Of a DNA stretch of 64,000 bases, positions 49,083-58,712 are shown piece after piece. How positions within the stretch are numbered: the stretch's first letter is position 1; the number at the start of each line of letters is the position of its first letter. The translations under genes were made by a program, and so were the position numbers. Location: positions 62,001 to 126,000 of the IMG/VR virus record IMGVR_UViG_3300008111_000002, one strand, 5' to 3'. The notes beneath the pieces were generated by a model that was not told the DNA's origin, made no database searches, and saw only the letters and a list, made by a program, of their open reading frames with translations.

Positions 49083-50789
49083 ATGAGCTGGAAAAAATAT
49101 TTTACACCTGTGAAGATTGATGGCCAAGGAGGTCAATTTAGTCCCCTTGGCAACGGAGGTGGAAAACCAGGTCCAGCTCGCACAAACTATTCAAATTATC
49201 TTCCTGATGTTTATGCAGGCACGCCTAATCGTGTAGAACGTTATATGCAATATAACACTATGGACATGGACAGTGAAATTAATGCTGCCCTCGATATTCT
49301 TGCAGAGTTCTGTACACAAAAGAACAGAGAAAACAGTACAGCATTTCAAATTTATTTTAAAGGTCAGCCTACTGCAACTGAAGTTAAATTATTAAAAGAT
49401 AGTTTACAAAAATGGGCTAAAATTCAGCAATTTGAAAATAGAGTTTTTAAAATTGTAAGAAACACTTTTAAATATGGAGATTGTTTTTTTGTTAGGGATC
49501 CAGAAAATTTAAAATGGTTTTATGTTGATCCTGCAAAAGTTAGCAAAATTATTGTAAATGAAAGTGAAGGTAAAGAACCGGAACAATATGTAATACAAGA
49601 TTTTAACTTTAATTTTAAAGAACTAGTAGCAACATCAATTCATCCCAACACCCACACCAGTCCTCAAGGTACTGCTAGTTATGTTAGCGGAGGTGCCCTT
49701 GGACGCGGCATGGTTGGAACAACTCCGCAAGCCACCGGAACTAGATTTTCAACGCAGGTAAACGAAGTTGCTGTTAATGCAAAAAACGTAATTCACATTT
49801 CACTAAGCGAAGGATTAGACAACAACTATCCTTTTGGTAATTCATTATTAGAATCGGTGTTCAAAGTCTACAAGCAGAAAGAATTACTTGAAGATGCTAT
49901 TATTATCTATCGTATACAACGTGCGCCAGAACGTAGAATTTTCTACGTTGACGTAGGCAACATGCCAGCACATATGGCTATGGGGTTTGTTGAGCGTGTG
50001 AAAAATGAAATACATCAGCGTAGAATTCCATCATCAACAGGAGGAGCCAGTGTTATCGATGCTAGCTACAATCCGCTGTCAATTAACGAAGATTATTTTT
50101 TCCCACAGACCGCAGAGGGACGAGGATCCAAAGTTGAGACCTTGCCTGGAGGGACAAATCTTGGTGAAATTGATGATTTAAAATATTTTACAAACAAGCT
50201 ATTCCGTGCTTTACGTATTCCAAGCAGCTACTTACCAACTGGTCCTGATGACAGTCAAATGTCATTCACTGATGGTAAAGTAGGTACAGCTTATATTCAA
50301 GAGTTACGTTTTAATGAATACTGTAAACGTCTACAGAGTCTCATTGTAGAAGAATTTGATTTAGAATTTAAAGTTTGGATTCAAAAACAAGGTATCAATA
50401 TTGATAATAGTTTATTTGAATTAAAATTTAATGCGCCACAAAATTTTGCAGCATACCGCCAAAGCGAACTTGATAATGCGAGAATAACTAGTTTTACCGG
50501 ATTACAAGAAGTTCCTTATATGAGCAAACGTTTTGCTTTAAAACGCTTCTTAGGATTAACTGAAGAAGAAATTAGAGAAAACGAACGTATGTGGAAAGAA
50601 GAAAATGGAGAGAAAGTTGCAGCAGCAGCAGATGCAGCTGGAGATATGCGTTCCATGGGAATTACTCCTACCGGTATTCAAACAGATATGGCTGATCAAT
50701 CTGCTGAAGCACCCGAGGATATGGCTGCACAGGCCGCTACAGGTGCTGAAGCAGAAGCTGGTGCAGCACCCGAAACACCAGCCCAGTAA
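49083..50789 (+). CDS. gp20: Portal protein, T4 gp20-like
   Basis: 'LLEDAIIIYRIQRAPERRIFYVDVGNMP', 'EDYFFP...GRGSKVETLPGG.NLGEIDD..YF'. Confidence 0.95.
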   Translation: MSWKKYFTPVKIDGQGGQFSPLGNGGGKPGPARTNYSNYLPDVYAGTPNRVERYMQYNTMDMDSEINAALDILAEFCTQKNRENSTAFQIYFKGQPTATEVKLLKDSLQKWAKIQQFENRVFKIVRNTFKYGDCFFVRDPENLKWFYVDPAKVSKIIVNESEGKEPEQYVIQDFNFNFKELVATSIHPNTHTSPQGTASYVSGGALGRGMVGTTPQATGTRFSTQVNEVAVNAKNVIHISLSEGLDNNYPFGNSLLESVFKVYKQKELLEDAIIIYRIQRAPERRIFYVDVGNMPAHMAMGFVERVKNEIHQRRIPSSTGGASVIDASYNPLSINEDYFFPQTAEGRGSKVETLPGGTNLGEIDDLKYFTNKLFRALRIPSSYLPTGPDDSQMSFTDGKVGTAYIQELRFNEYCKRLQSLIVEEFDLEFKVWIQKQGINIDNSLFELKFNAPQNFAAYRQSELDNARITSFTGLQEVPYMSKRFALKRFLGLTEEEIRENERMWKEENGEKVAAAADAAGDMRSMGITPTGIQTDMADQSAEAPEDMAAQAATGAEAEAGAAPETPAQ

Positions 50790-50798
50790 TCAAAACAG

Positions 50799-50805
50799 AT
50801 AAATA
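50799..50805 (+). promoter_or_regulatory. Late promoter ATAAATA
   Basis: Immediately upstream of the 50810 start. Confidence 0.55.
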
Positions 50806-50809
50806 CAAG

Positions 50810-51055
50810 ATGAAACTTTTAGAGTTCTTTTATTTTAACGACAAAAATAACAATTACAGCATTGACCGTAGGTATAGTGCTGAAAATGACATATCTGTTT
50901 TGGAAAAAGATGATAACAGAAAAGTAAGGTTAACCTTTAAACAAATAAATTTGTTACGTATGCAAAGCGAAGCACACGAAGCAGAAAAAGAAGCCGAACT
51001 AGGATTTGTAAGACAGATGTATGGTCAGCCACCAATCGCAGAACAGCCCCAATAA
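50810..51055 (+). CDS. Hypothetical head-module protein
   Basis: 81 aa; starts MKLLEFF. Confidence 0.7.
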   Translation: MKLLEFFYFNDKNNNYSIDRRYSAENDISVLEKDDNRKVRLTFKQINLLRMQSEAHEAEKEAELGFVRQMYGQPPIAEQPQ

Positions 51056-51647
51056 ACCCGCATTTGTATTAGGAAATGGACGTAGTCGTTTATCAGTTAA
51101 TGTAAACGATCTTACATCAACCGGCATTGTTTTTGCCTGTAATGCCATATACAGAGAAGCATCAGTTGATCATTTAATTGCAGTCGATGTAAAAATGGTT
51201 AACGAAATAGTATCATCTGGATACAATCAAACTAATACAGTTTGGACAAATCCAAATAAAGGTATTATAAATTCTTCTAATCTTAACTTTTTTGATCCGC
51301 ACAAAGGATGGAGTAGCGGTCCTACTGCACTTTGGTTAGCTGCAACTATGGGACACAGAGAAATATATATTTTAGGTTTTGACTTTGAAGGTGTTGAAGG
51401 CAAGTTTAACAATGTATATGCTGACACATTTAACTACAAAAAAAGTTGGGAAGTACCTACATTTTATGGTAATTGGGTAACACAGACAGAACGTGTTATT
51501 AAAGATTTCCCCTCAACTACTTTTTATAGATTAGTTGGAAATAAAAAATATTTTACACCTCCTGCATTGGCAGAGCAAAGAAATCTAATTCATATGAATT
51601 ACAATACTTTAGCTACAAATTTTGGATTATCCCTACAAAAATCCTAA
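51021..51647 (+). CDS. DUF115/MptE-like (sialyltransferase/Maf-like fold) putative transferase
   Basis: 'AFVLGNGRSR...FACNA...DHLIAVD...GWSSGPTAL.LA...EIYILGFDF'. Confidence 0.6.
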   Translation: MVSHQSQNSPNKPAFVLGNGRSRLSVNVNDLTSTGIVFACNAIYREASVDHLIAVDVKMVNEIVSSGYNQTNTVWTNPNKGIINSSNLNFFDPHKGWSSGPTALWLAATMGHREIYILGFDFEGVEGKFNNVYADTFNYKKSWEVPTFYGNWVTQTERVIKDFPSTTFYRLVGNKKYFTPPALAEQRNLIHMNYNTLATNFGLSLQKS

Positions 51648-51693
51648 AAATGATCAAAAACAGGTCATTTAAAGCCAATTTATAATATTAGTA

Positions 51694-51700
51694 TTAAATA
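51694..51700 (+). promoter_or_regulatory. Late promoter variant TTAAATA for the prohead genes
   Basis: Upstream of the GAGGAG SD of 51737. Confidence 0.5.
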
Positions 51701-51736
51701 AATCGACAGCCTAATTACCATTGAGGAGAACACACC

Positions 51737-52558
51737 ATGGCAGATAAAACAACTCTTGAGCAAATGCTCGAGCACCTAGTTAATGGCGAAACAGACAAAG
51801 CAGATGAGCTGTTTCACGAATATGTAGTAGGAAAATCACGCGAAATTTATGAAGGTTTAATCGAGTCTGAAATCGAAGATGAACAGACAGAAGAATCTAC
51901 AGAATCCGATGATGAAGCAGTAGAAGAAAATTTTGAAGATTTAGAAGTTTCCGAAGGAGACGACGAAGAAGGTGACGAAGAAGGTGACGAAGAAGGTGAC
52001 CCAACTGATAGCTTAATGAAAGACTTAGAAAGCGAAGACGACGAAGGCGACATGGACGAGCCGGCTACTAAACAAGACGTAGCAGACGGATTCGACGAAC
52101 TAATGGCTAAGTTTGATCAACTAGCATCAGAAGTTGGCAGCGGCGACATGGGCGATGACGACATGGGCGACATGCCAGATATGGATATGAAGGATGCGTT
52201 CGAACCAGAAATGGCAACTGTACGCGAATATGTAGAAAAAGTTGCTGGCGGGCACGGAGCTGAGAAAAAAGGTTCTGGCGAAGCAGCAGGTGCAAATACA
52301 AAAACACCAGTAGCAGGCAAAAATGATATGGGCGGTACAACCGCTAATATTGGTAAAGGCGGTGAAGGTTCAGATAAAGGAACTGCCGGCGGCCTAGCAA
52401 ACAACAAACCACAACAAATGAACACTGGTAATATTAATGTACCTGGTGGAAAAGCAGGTGGTGCATTTAATAAAAAAGAACCAGGACACGGCGCTGAAAA
52501 GAAAGGCGCTGGTGAACAAGGCGGTACAAACGCAGCTAGTTTGTTCCGTAACAAGTAA
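51737..52558 (+). CDS. Prohead core protein (gp67-like N-terminus, highly acidic)
   Basis: 273 aa between portal and protease; D/E-rich then G/K-rich. Confidence 0.65.
   Translation: MADKTTLEQMLEHLVNGETDKADELFHEYVVGKSREIYEGLIESEIEDEQTEESTESDDEAVEENFEDLEVSEGDDEEGDEEGDEEGDPTDSLMKDLESEDDEGDMDEPATKQDVADGFDELMAKFDQLASEVGSGDMGDDDMGDMPDMDMKDAFEPEMATVREYVEKVAGGHGAEKKGSGEAAGANTKTPVAGKNDMGGTTANIGKGGEGSDKGTAGGLANNKPQQMNTGNINVPGGKAGGAFNKKEPGHGAEKKGAGEQGGTNAASLFRNK
51962..52000 (+). repeat. 12-bp tandem repeat x3 (GACGAAGAAGGT) encoding DEEG
   Basis: Exact repeats seen in the sequence. Confidence 0.9.
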
Positions 52559-52567
52559 TCGGAGCCT

Positions 52568-53203
52568 TTGGTGAAAAATTACCTTAGCGAGCATCTGAGT
52601 TTTGACCAAGCTGGTCTAGTTCTTGAATCTGTCGAAGAGGGCGGAAACAAATCTTTACACCTTAATGGAATTTGTATTCAAGGTGATATTCGTAATGCGA
52701 ATCAAAGAATTTATCCAGTCTCCGAAATAGGTAGGGCTGTCAAAACCGTCAATGAACAAATAGCTGGTGGTTATTCAGTGCTAGGGGAAGTTGATCACCC
52801 TGCGGACCTACGCATTAATTTGGATCGAGTCAGTCACATGGTAACAAAGATGTGGATGGACGGTCCAAATGGATACGGAAAAATGAAGATTCTACCAACT
52901 CCCATGGGACAGTTAATTTCAACCATGTTGCAGAGTGGAGTCAAACTTGGCGTATCAAGCAGAGGTTCCGGTAATGTTGCTGAAGACGGTAGCGGAAAAG
53001 TAAGTGATTTTGAAATTATCACAGTTGACATTGTAGCTCAACCATCCGCTCCCGGAGCATATCCAACACCGGTTTACGAACATATTATGAATCAAACAGG
53101 CGGTTATAAAGCATTTAATATAGCAAGGGAAGTACAAGGCGATCCAAAGGCACAGAAATACATAGCAGAGAATCTTAAACAGATTATCTCTAAACTAAAA
53201 TAA
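52568..53203 (+). CDS. gp21: Prohead protease, T4 gp21-like
   Basis: 'GICIQGD.RN.NQRIYP', 'GEVDHP', 'RVSH', 'GVSSRGSG', 'DIVAQPSAPGAY'; GTG start. Confidence 0.93.
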   Translation: MVKNYLSEHLSFDQAGLVLESVEEGGNKSLHLNGICIQGDIRNANQRIYPVSEIGRAVKTVNEQIAGGYSVLGEVDHPADLRINLDRVSHMVTKMWMDGPNGYGKMKILPTPMGQLISTMLQSGVKLGVSSRGSGNVAEDGSGKVSDFEIITVDIVAQPSAPGAYPTPVYEHIMNQTGGYKAFNIAREVQGDPKAQKYIAENLKQIISKLK

Positions 53204-53217
53204 CGTAGGAGAATCAC

Positions 53218-54309
53218 ATGCTAGATTTAGTTAAACAACTCTTTGAAAATAATGTGATTTCCGAGGAAATGAAATCGGAGATTGAAACAGCTTGGCAAAC
53301 AAGAATTCAAGAAAACCGAGATCAAGTTACAGCAGAGCTACGTGAAGAGTTCGCACAAAAATACGAACACGACAAAGCAACAATGGTCGAAGCAGTTGAA
53401 ACAATGCTAGAAGATCGGTTGCAAGCAGAATTAGGTGAGTTGGCCGAAGACCGTCAAGGTTTAATTGAAGCTAAAGCCAAGTATGCTAAGAAAATGAAAG
53501 ATGATGCTAAAAAAATGGAAGAATTCGTTCTTCACAAATTAGTATCAGAACTTTCAGAACTTCACGAAGATCGCAAGAGAGTAGCATCAAATGTTGCCAA
53601 ATTAGAATCTTTTATTGTGGATAGTCTAGCCAAAGAAATAGCAGAGTTCCACATTGACAAAAAAGATTTAGCAGAAACCAAAGTAAAATTAGTTCGCGAA
53701 AGCAAAGCTAAATTTGCTGGTGTTAAGAAAGAATTCTTATCACGTTCTGCTGTGTTAGTTAAAGAAACAGTAGAAAAAACTCTACGTTCTGAAATTGGCC
53801 AACTAAAAGAAGACATTGAAGCTGCTCGCAAAAATGACTTTGGTCGCAGACTTTTTGAAAGCTTTGCCAGCGAGTACGCTGCATCTCATTTAAATGAGAA
53901 ATCTGAAACAGCTAAACTTCTAAAGGTTGTAAAAACCAAAGAAGCTGAATTAGAAGAAGCAGCAAAAATTGTAGCAGAACATCAAAGAATCGTTGAAAGC
54001 AAAGACAGAGAAATCCGCATTGCGAGAGATCTTGCTGTCCGTAAAGACATTATGAGTGAACTTTTAGGACCGCTTGCTGGAGACAAGAAAACAGTAATGA
54101 ATGAGTTGCTAGAAAGCGTAGCAACCGACAAACTCCGCGGAGCATACGACAAGTATCTACCAGCTGTAATAGCCGGCGAAGCTCCTAAGAAGAAGGCATT
54201 GACAGAAGGCAAAGAAATTACAGGCGATAAAGAGGCACATACACAAAGCAGCGAAGGGAAAGCTGCTGAAATTTTCACAATCCGCAAGCTTGCGGGACTT
54301 AAAGTTTAA
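53218..54309 (+). CDS. gp22: Prohead scaffolding protein, T4 gp22-like
   Basis: 363-aa E/K-rich coiled coil between protease and capsid genes. Confidence 0.8.
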   Translation: MLDLVKQLFENNVISEEMKSEIETAWQTRIQENRDQVTAELREEFAQKYEHDKATMVEAVETMLEDRLQAELGELAEDRQGLIEAKAKYAKKMKDDAKKMEEFVLHKLVSELSELHEDRKRVASNVAKLESFIVDSLAKEIAEFHIDKKDLAETKVKLVRESKAKFAGVKKEFLSRSAVLVKETVEKTLRSEIGQLKEDIEAARKNDFGRRLFESFASEYAASHLNEKSETAKLLKVVKTKEAELEEAAKIVAEHQRIVESKDREIRIARDLAVRKDIMSELLGPLAGDKKTVMNELLESVATDKLRGAYDKYLPAVIAGEAPKKKALTEGKEITGDKEAHTQSSEGKAAEIFTIRKLAGLKV

Positions 54310-54320
54310 GGAGAACTAAT

Positions 54321-55490
54321 ATGTCAGAACTACTCGAGTCACGCTGGCAGGAAACCAAAGAGGCACTATTAGAAGGCCTACAAGGAACTCGTCGTTCAGT
54401 AATGGCCACTACTTTAGAAAATACCCGCAAGTATTTGTCTGAGAGTGCCACTGCTGGTGCTACTTCTGCCGGTAATGTCGCAACCCTAAATCGTGTGATC
54501 CTTCCAGTGATCAGACGTGTAATGCCAACAGTCATTGCAAATGAACTAGTTGGTGTACAACCTATGACTGGCCCAGTTGGTCAAATTCATACTCTACGTG
54601 TTCGCTATGCAGATAGCGGTAATAACGTAGTAGCTGGTGAAGAAGCATTCAGCCCATTTAAAATTGCTGCTGCTTATTCTGGTAATGATACTGATTCAAC
54701 ACCAAAAGCTAATTCTACTGCAACCCTAGAAGGTCAAGCAGGTAAGAAAATGAGCATTCAAATCCTCAAGCAAACTGTCGAGGCAAAAACTCGTAAGTTA
54801 AGCGCACGTTGGACATTTGAAGCTGCTCAAGATGCACAAGCCCAACAAGGCATTGACATCGAAGCAGAAATTATGGCAGCTCTTGCACAAGAAATTACTG
54901 CTGAAATCGATCAAGAAGTTCTAGCTTCTTTACGCACACTAGCTGGTACAGCAACAGAAACCTATAATCAGGCTGCTGTTTCTGGTACAGCTACATTCGT
55001 TGGTGATGAACACGCTGCTTTAGCTGTTCAGATCAATCGTGTTGCTAACTTGATCGCTCAGCGTACACGTCGTGGTGCAGGTAACTATGCTGTTGTTAGC
55101 CCATTTGCGTTAACAATTCTACAGTCTGCAACTACTTCTGCGTTTGCACGTACCACTGAAGGTACTTTCGAAGCACCTACAAACACCAAGTTTGTTGGTA
55201 CATTGAACAGCGCAATGCGTGTTTATGTTGATGGTTACGCTGCTGATAGTACAGCAGTTCTAATTGGTTACAAAGGTTCTAGCGAATCTGATGCACCAGC
55301 ATTCTATTGCCCATACATTCCGTTGATGAGCAGTGGTGTTGTGTTAGATCCGTCAACATTTGAGCCAGTAGTTAGCTTTATGACCAGATATGGTTATGTT
55401 GAGTTAACAAACGTAGCATCTTCTTTAGGTAACGCAGCTGACTACCTAGGAAAAGTTGATATTACTAGCGGTAACGTTAAGTTTAGCTAA
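54321..55490 (+). CDS. gp23: Major capsid protein, T4 gp23-like
   Basis: 'LPVIRRVMPTVIANELVGVQPMTGP.GQI', 'VEAKTRKL.ARWT.E.AQD', 'FYCPYIPL'. Confidence 0.96.
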   Translation: MSELLESRWQETKEALLEGLQGTRRSVMATTLENTRKYLSESATAGATSAGNVATLNRVILPVIRRVMPTVIANELVGVQPMTGPVGQIHTLRVRYADSGNNVVAGEEAFSPFKIAAAYSGNDTDSTPKANSTATLEGQAGKKMSIQILKQTVEAKTRKLSARWTFEAAQDAQAQQGIDIEAEIMAALAQEITAEIDQEVLASLRTLAGTATETYNQAAVSGTATFVGDEHAALAVQINRVANLIAQRTRRGAGNYAVVSPFALTILQSATTSAFARTTEGTFEAPTNTKFVGTLNSAMRVYVDGYAADSTAVLIGYKGSSESDAPAFYCPYIPLMSSGVVLDPSTFEPVVSFMTRYGYVELTNVASSLGNAADYLGKVDITSGNVKFS

Positions 55491-55516
55491 TCAACTAAAA
55501 ACATTTTATATGTTTC

Positions 55517-55544
55517 AAAAAGGGTCTTTGGGCCCTTTTTGTTT
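55517..55544 (+). terminator. Rho-independent terminator after the capsid gene
   Basis: AAAAAGGGTC-TTTG-GGCCCTTTTT then GTTT. Confidence 0.8.
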
Positions 55545-55547
55545 GAC

Positions 55548-55554
55548 TTAAATA
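55548..55554 (+). promoter_or_regulatory. Late promoter variant TTAAATA
   Basis: Between the terminator and the 55559 start. Confidence 0.45.
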
Positions 55555-55558
55555 CCAG

Positions 55559-55828
55559 ATGCAGGTAGAAAGCGAACAAGATTTTTCTGAATTGCGCAAG
55601 AGAATTCAAGAATGGCGTAAACGCTTTCCTATGTTTGTACACGATGTTCATAAAATTGAGCATATTATAGAACAGCATATTCAAAATTTTTCTATTGCAG
55701 GAGTTCATTATCGACAATCTAAAAGTAAAAAATATTTAGAACTTGCACAAAAAGAATTAGACGAAATTAATAGAATAATAACAACCGTTGAAAAATTGGA
55801 ACTGATAGCATTACTATCCCAAAGATAA
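55559..55828 (+). CDS. Hypothetical protein
   Basis: 89-aa helical ORF. Confidence 0.65.
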   Translation: MQVESEQDFSELRKRIQEWRKRFPMFVHDVHKIEHIIEQHIQNFSIAGVHYRQSKSKKYLELAQKELDEINRIITTVEKLELIALLSQR

Positions 55829-55831
55829 ATA
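55825..55831 (+). promoter_or_regulatory. Late promoter ATAAATA
   Basis: Overlaps the upstream stop; precedes an 84-nt leader. Confidence 0.6.
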
Positions 55832-55846
55832 CATTGTCTAAGTGAG

Positions 55847-55924
55847 CTTGCATAGGGCAAGACTTATGCTGTAACCCGCAGCGTAGACCTAAAACGTCAT
55901 ATTAAGGAGAAACAAATGGGACGT
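55847..55924 (+). promoter_or_regulatory. Structured 5' leader (two hairpins plus possible pseudoknot)
   Basis: CTTGC/GCAAG 55847-61, TATGCTG/CAGCGTA 55865-85, loop TAGG 55853-56 complementary to CCTA 55888-91. Confidence 0.5.
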
Positions 55925-56299
55925 CCATTAAGAAAAGATGTAAACGGTGTTGATGTACTCAACACATACGCAGCAGCAAATACCGGTATTAGAGTTGAAT
56001 TCCATGATGGTACATCACTAAGAACAGACGGTATTTTAATCAAACAACGTGGTGCAAAAACATTTGTTTGCGCTAGAATTGGAACTCCGACAGTATTAAC
56101 TACCAGTGTTCTACAGAATACAACACCATCCGCAGTAGGTCAAATGAATCTATTTGGATATGTTGGTGGTAACGGCGGAGCAAAAGTAAATCTTGCAAAA
56201 ATAACCAAGCGTGTTGCAACTGACTTTAGTAACAATAGATATACTTGGATTTTACAAAACGATAGTTCAAACGACTATATTGTATTAACAGCAATTTAA
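55916..56299 (+). CDS. Virion structural protein
   Basis: 127 aa; strong AAGGAG SD; late promoter upstream. Confidence 0.7.
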   Translation: MGRPLRKDVNGVDVLNTYAAANTGIRVEFHDGTSLRTDGILIKQRGAKTFVCARIGTPTVLTTSVLQNTTPSAVGQMNLFGYVGGNGGAKVNLAKITKRVATDFSNNRYTWILQNDSSNDYIVLTAI

Positions 56300-56311
56300 T
56301 AAGAGATAAAA

Positions 56312-57568
56312 ATGGCACAGGTAGTACAAACTAACGGCAACTATACAATCAAAACTGCTAGTTCTGGTATTATTAAATTAGATACCGGCGCCGGTACAGG
56401 CGAAGTGAGAGTTACAGGCAACCTTGTAGTTGACGGTACTACCGTAACCATTGAAGCTGAAAATATTAATGTACAAGATAATATTCTTGTTTTAAATGCC
56501 GGTGAAACTGCTAATGGTGTTTCTTTAGGATATTCTGGTTTTGAAATAGATCGAGGATATGCTGCCGGAAATACAACTATTATTAATGTTACCGGTGCAT
56601 CATGGAGCAACGGTACAGCCACATTAACATTTTCATTAACTAATCCTCAACCATTTCAAGTTGGTGAAAGAGTTGTTATTAGCGGAATAAATCCATCGGG
56701 ATATAATTTAGGTGGAGTTTCTGTGGAGTTGACAACAGCAAACACTGTGTCTGTGTCTTATCCTGTTACAGCTAATCCAGGTGCGTATGTTTCGGGCGGA
56801 GTTATATCGGGAAGTTCAGCTAATTCTAGAGCATCTTTTGCATTTAATGAAGCAACTGATACTTTTGAAATTGCAAAAAGAACAGGTCCGGGTGTTTATA
56901 ATTTTTCGGACAGCGCCATTAAAACAAGATTTATTAGAACAGATCCTGCAATTGATGAAGGCGATTTAATTTTAATCGGTACCGGCAAAGGAGTAGTCAA
57001 GGTCACAGGTACAACAGATTATCTGACTGAAATTTTGTTAACTATTGCTAATCCAAGTAACCCGCCGGCATCTAGTGTAACAGCTACCTTGGCTGACGAT
57101 ATTTTAGCCAATGTAAAATATGTTAACTATGCTGTATTAAACAATCCAACGTATTTTTTAAGAGATAATGACACAACTGTTAGAGCATTGGACTCGTCAG
57201 ATAAAGCAAATTTGTTTGGCGGTGGTAGCAGTAGAGTTCGTGTAGATGTTGATGGTGTTATTGTTGCTCAATTCTTTAGAGACAATCTTGAAATGTACGG
57301 GCTTAATTTTAGTCCTAATAGAATTTCGTCTACGAACACTAATGAAAGTATTACTTTAGAAGCCAACGGAACTGGTAGAATTGTAGTTAACGCACCTTTA
57401 TCATTAGAAAATGAAGGGTCAACTCCGGCAACTCCGCCTGCTGGTAGAACATTAGTTTATTCCGCAACTCCGGGCACTGGAGATAGCGGTGTATTTTTTG
57501 TAAATACATCAAGAACTAACGAATTAACAAATAAAAATAGAGCATTACTTTGGAGTATGCTCTTTTAA
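56312..57568 (+). CDS. Virion structural protein (fibre-like) with inserted beta domain
   Basis: 418 aa; 'GNLVVDGTTVT...VQDNILVLN.GE..NGV' fibre segment. Confidence 0.7.
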   Translation: MAQVVQTNGNYTIKTASSGIIKLDTGAGTGEVRVTGNLVVDGTTVTIEAENINVQDNILVLNAGETANGVSLGYSGFEIDRGYAAGNTTIINVTGASWSNGTATLTFSLTNPQPFQVGERVVISGINPSGYNLGGVSVELTTANTVSVSYPVTANPGAYVSGGVISGSSANSRASFAFNEATDTFEIAKRTGPGVYNFSDSAIKTRFIRTDPAIDEGDLILIGTGKGVVKVTGTTDYLTEILLTIANPSNPPASSVTATLADDILANVKYVNYAVLNNPTYFLRDNDTTVRALDSSDKANLFGGGSSRVRVDVDGVIVAQFFRDNLEMYGLNFSPNRISSTNTNESITLEANGTGRIVVNAPLSLENEGSTPATPPAGRTLVYSATPGTGDSGVFFVNTSRTNELTNKNRALLWSMLF

Positions 57569-57581
57569 CGGACAAATATAA

Positions 57582-58166
57582 ATGATTCAATCAACACTGT
57601 TACTTTCTGCATACGATACAACAATTTATTCAAGCACCAATACGAATGCAATTACCACAATGGTGTTCTGTAACACAGCTACCCCTGATCCTGCAGATGA
57701 ATCAGTAAGAGCTGTATCTTTAGAAGTTCATTTAATTAAATCAACTAAAGCAAAACATGCTTCTAATACTATTATTAAAAATTTAATTATTCCTGCCGGT
57801 GAAACATTATTTTTTGATACTGAAAGAGTAGTGTTAGATAATGGTGATAGTATTCTAGCAACAGCAACAGGTACTAATAGACAGATTAGTATTACTGGGG
57901 TTAGTCAAGCTGCTCAAGCAGTTGTAACAGCAGTTGGACATAATTTAGAAGCAGGCAATTATATTAGTATTTCTGGAGTAAGTGGTATGGTAAACAATAG
58001 TAATCCTGCACTATCTATTAATGGCGGAACATATCAAGTTACTCAAATTAATAGTGGTAATGAATTTGTTATTAACTTTAACAGCACAGGTTACACTCCA
58101 TATACATCCGGTGGAACCGTCGATGTTGGTTACCTAGCAGCTACAATCAGTACATTAACAGTTTAA
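57582..58166 (+). CDS. Virion structural protein with E1-FCCH-like inserted domain
   Basis: 194 aa; insertion 'SITGVSQAAQAVVTAVGHNL..G..I.ISGVSGM...YTSGG'. Confidence 0.6.
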   Translation: MIQSTLLLSAYDTTIYSSTNTNAITTMVFCNTATPDPADESVRAVSLEVHLIKSTKAKHASNTIIKNLIIPAGETLFFDTERVVLDNGDSILATATGTNRQISITGVSQAAQAVVTAVGHNLEAGNYISISGVSGMVNNSNPALSINGGTYQVTQINSGNEFVINFNSTGYTPYTSGGTVDVGYLAATISTLTV

Positions 58167-58168
58167 TT

Positions 58169-58687
58169 ATGAAATTTTTAAAGACCAAGAATATATCTAA
58201 ATTTAGTGTAAGCGATAACGCATACATTCAGTATCCTTCTGGTCGTATAGATATTGATTCTACAAACAGTTTAAAAGTTCCTAAAGGCACAACAGCCCAG
58301 CAACCTCAGGTCAGTTTGAGAACCGGCGGAATGATTCGTTATAACACTAGTTCGGGTGCAGGAGCAAATCCAATTGCTGTAGCAATTGGTTTAGAAATTT
58401 ATCACGATGGTGCCTGGAGAACTGTTAGATTAAAAGGACCAAGCACAATTACTAAACAAACACTAGGTCCAGGTAATGCTACAGAAACTAAATTTGGTCC
58501 TTTGACTTTTGTACCTGCCAGTGCAGATAACATAATTGTTTTGGTTGAAAACGTTATTCAAATTTCTACATCAAACTTTACCATAGTAACAAATCCAGTA
58601 GGATACCCATCCGGCACGTATCTTAATTTTTTATCCGCAGTTCCCTTAGGTAAAGAAATCACAATCTACTACGGTTTTGATCAGTAA
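58169..58687 (+). CDS. Virion structural protein
   Basis: 172 aa; 'VPKGTTAQQP....G.IRYNT' motif shared with the next two genes. Confidence 0.7.
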   Translation: MKFLKTKNISKFSVSDNAYIQYPSGRIDIDSTNSLKVPKGTTAQQPQVSLRTGGMIRYNTSSGAGANPIAVAIGLEIYHDGAWRTVRLKGPSTITKQTLGPGNATETKFGPLTFVPASADNIIVLVENVIQISTSNFTIVTNPVGYPSGTYLNFLSAVPLGKEITIYYGFDQ

Positions 58688-58705
58688 AATCTATCTGCTC
58701 TTCCA

Positions 58706-58712
58706 ATAAATA
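58706..58712 (+). promoter_or_regulatory. Late promoter ATAAATA
   Basis: 17 nt upstream of the 58730 start. Confidence 0.6.

Noticed and set aside
51962-52000. Tandem repeats as a CRISPR-like or guide array
   Set aside because: In-frame 12-bp coding repeats without spacers; they simply encode low-complexity DEEG.
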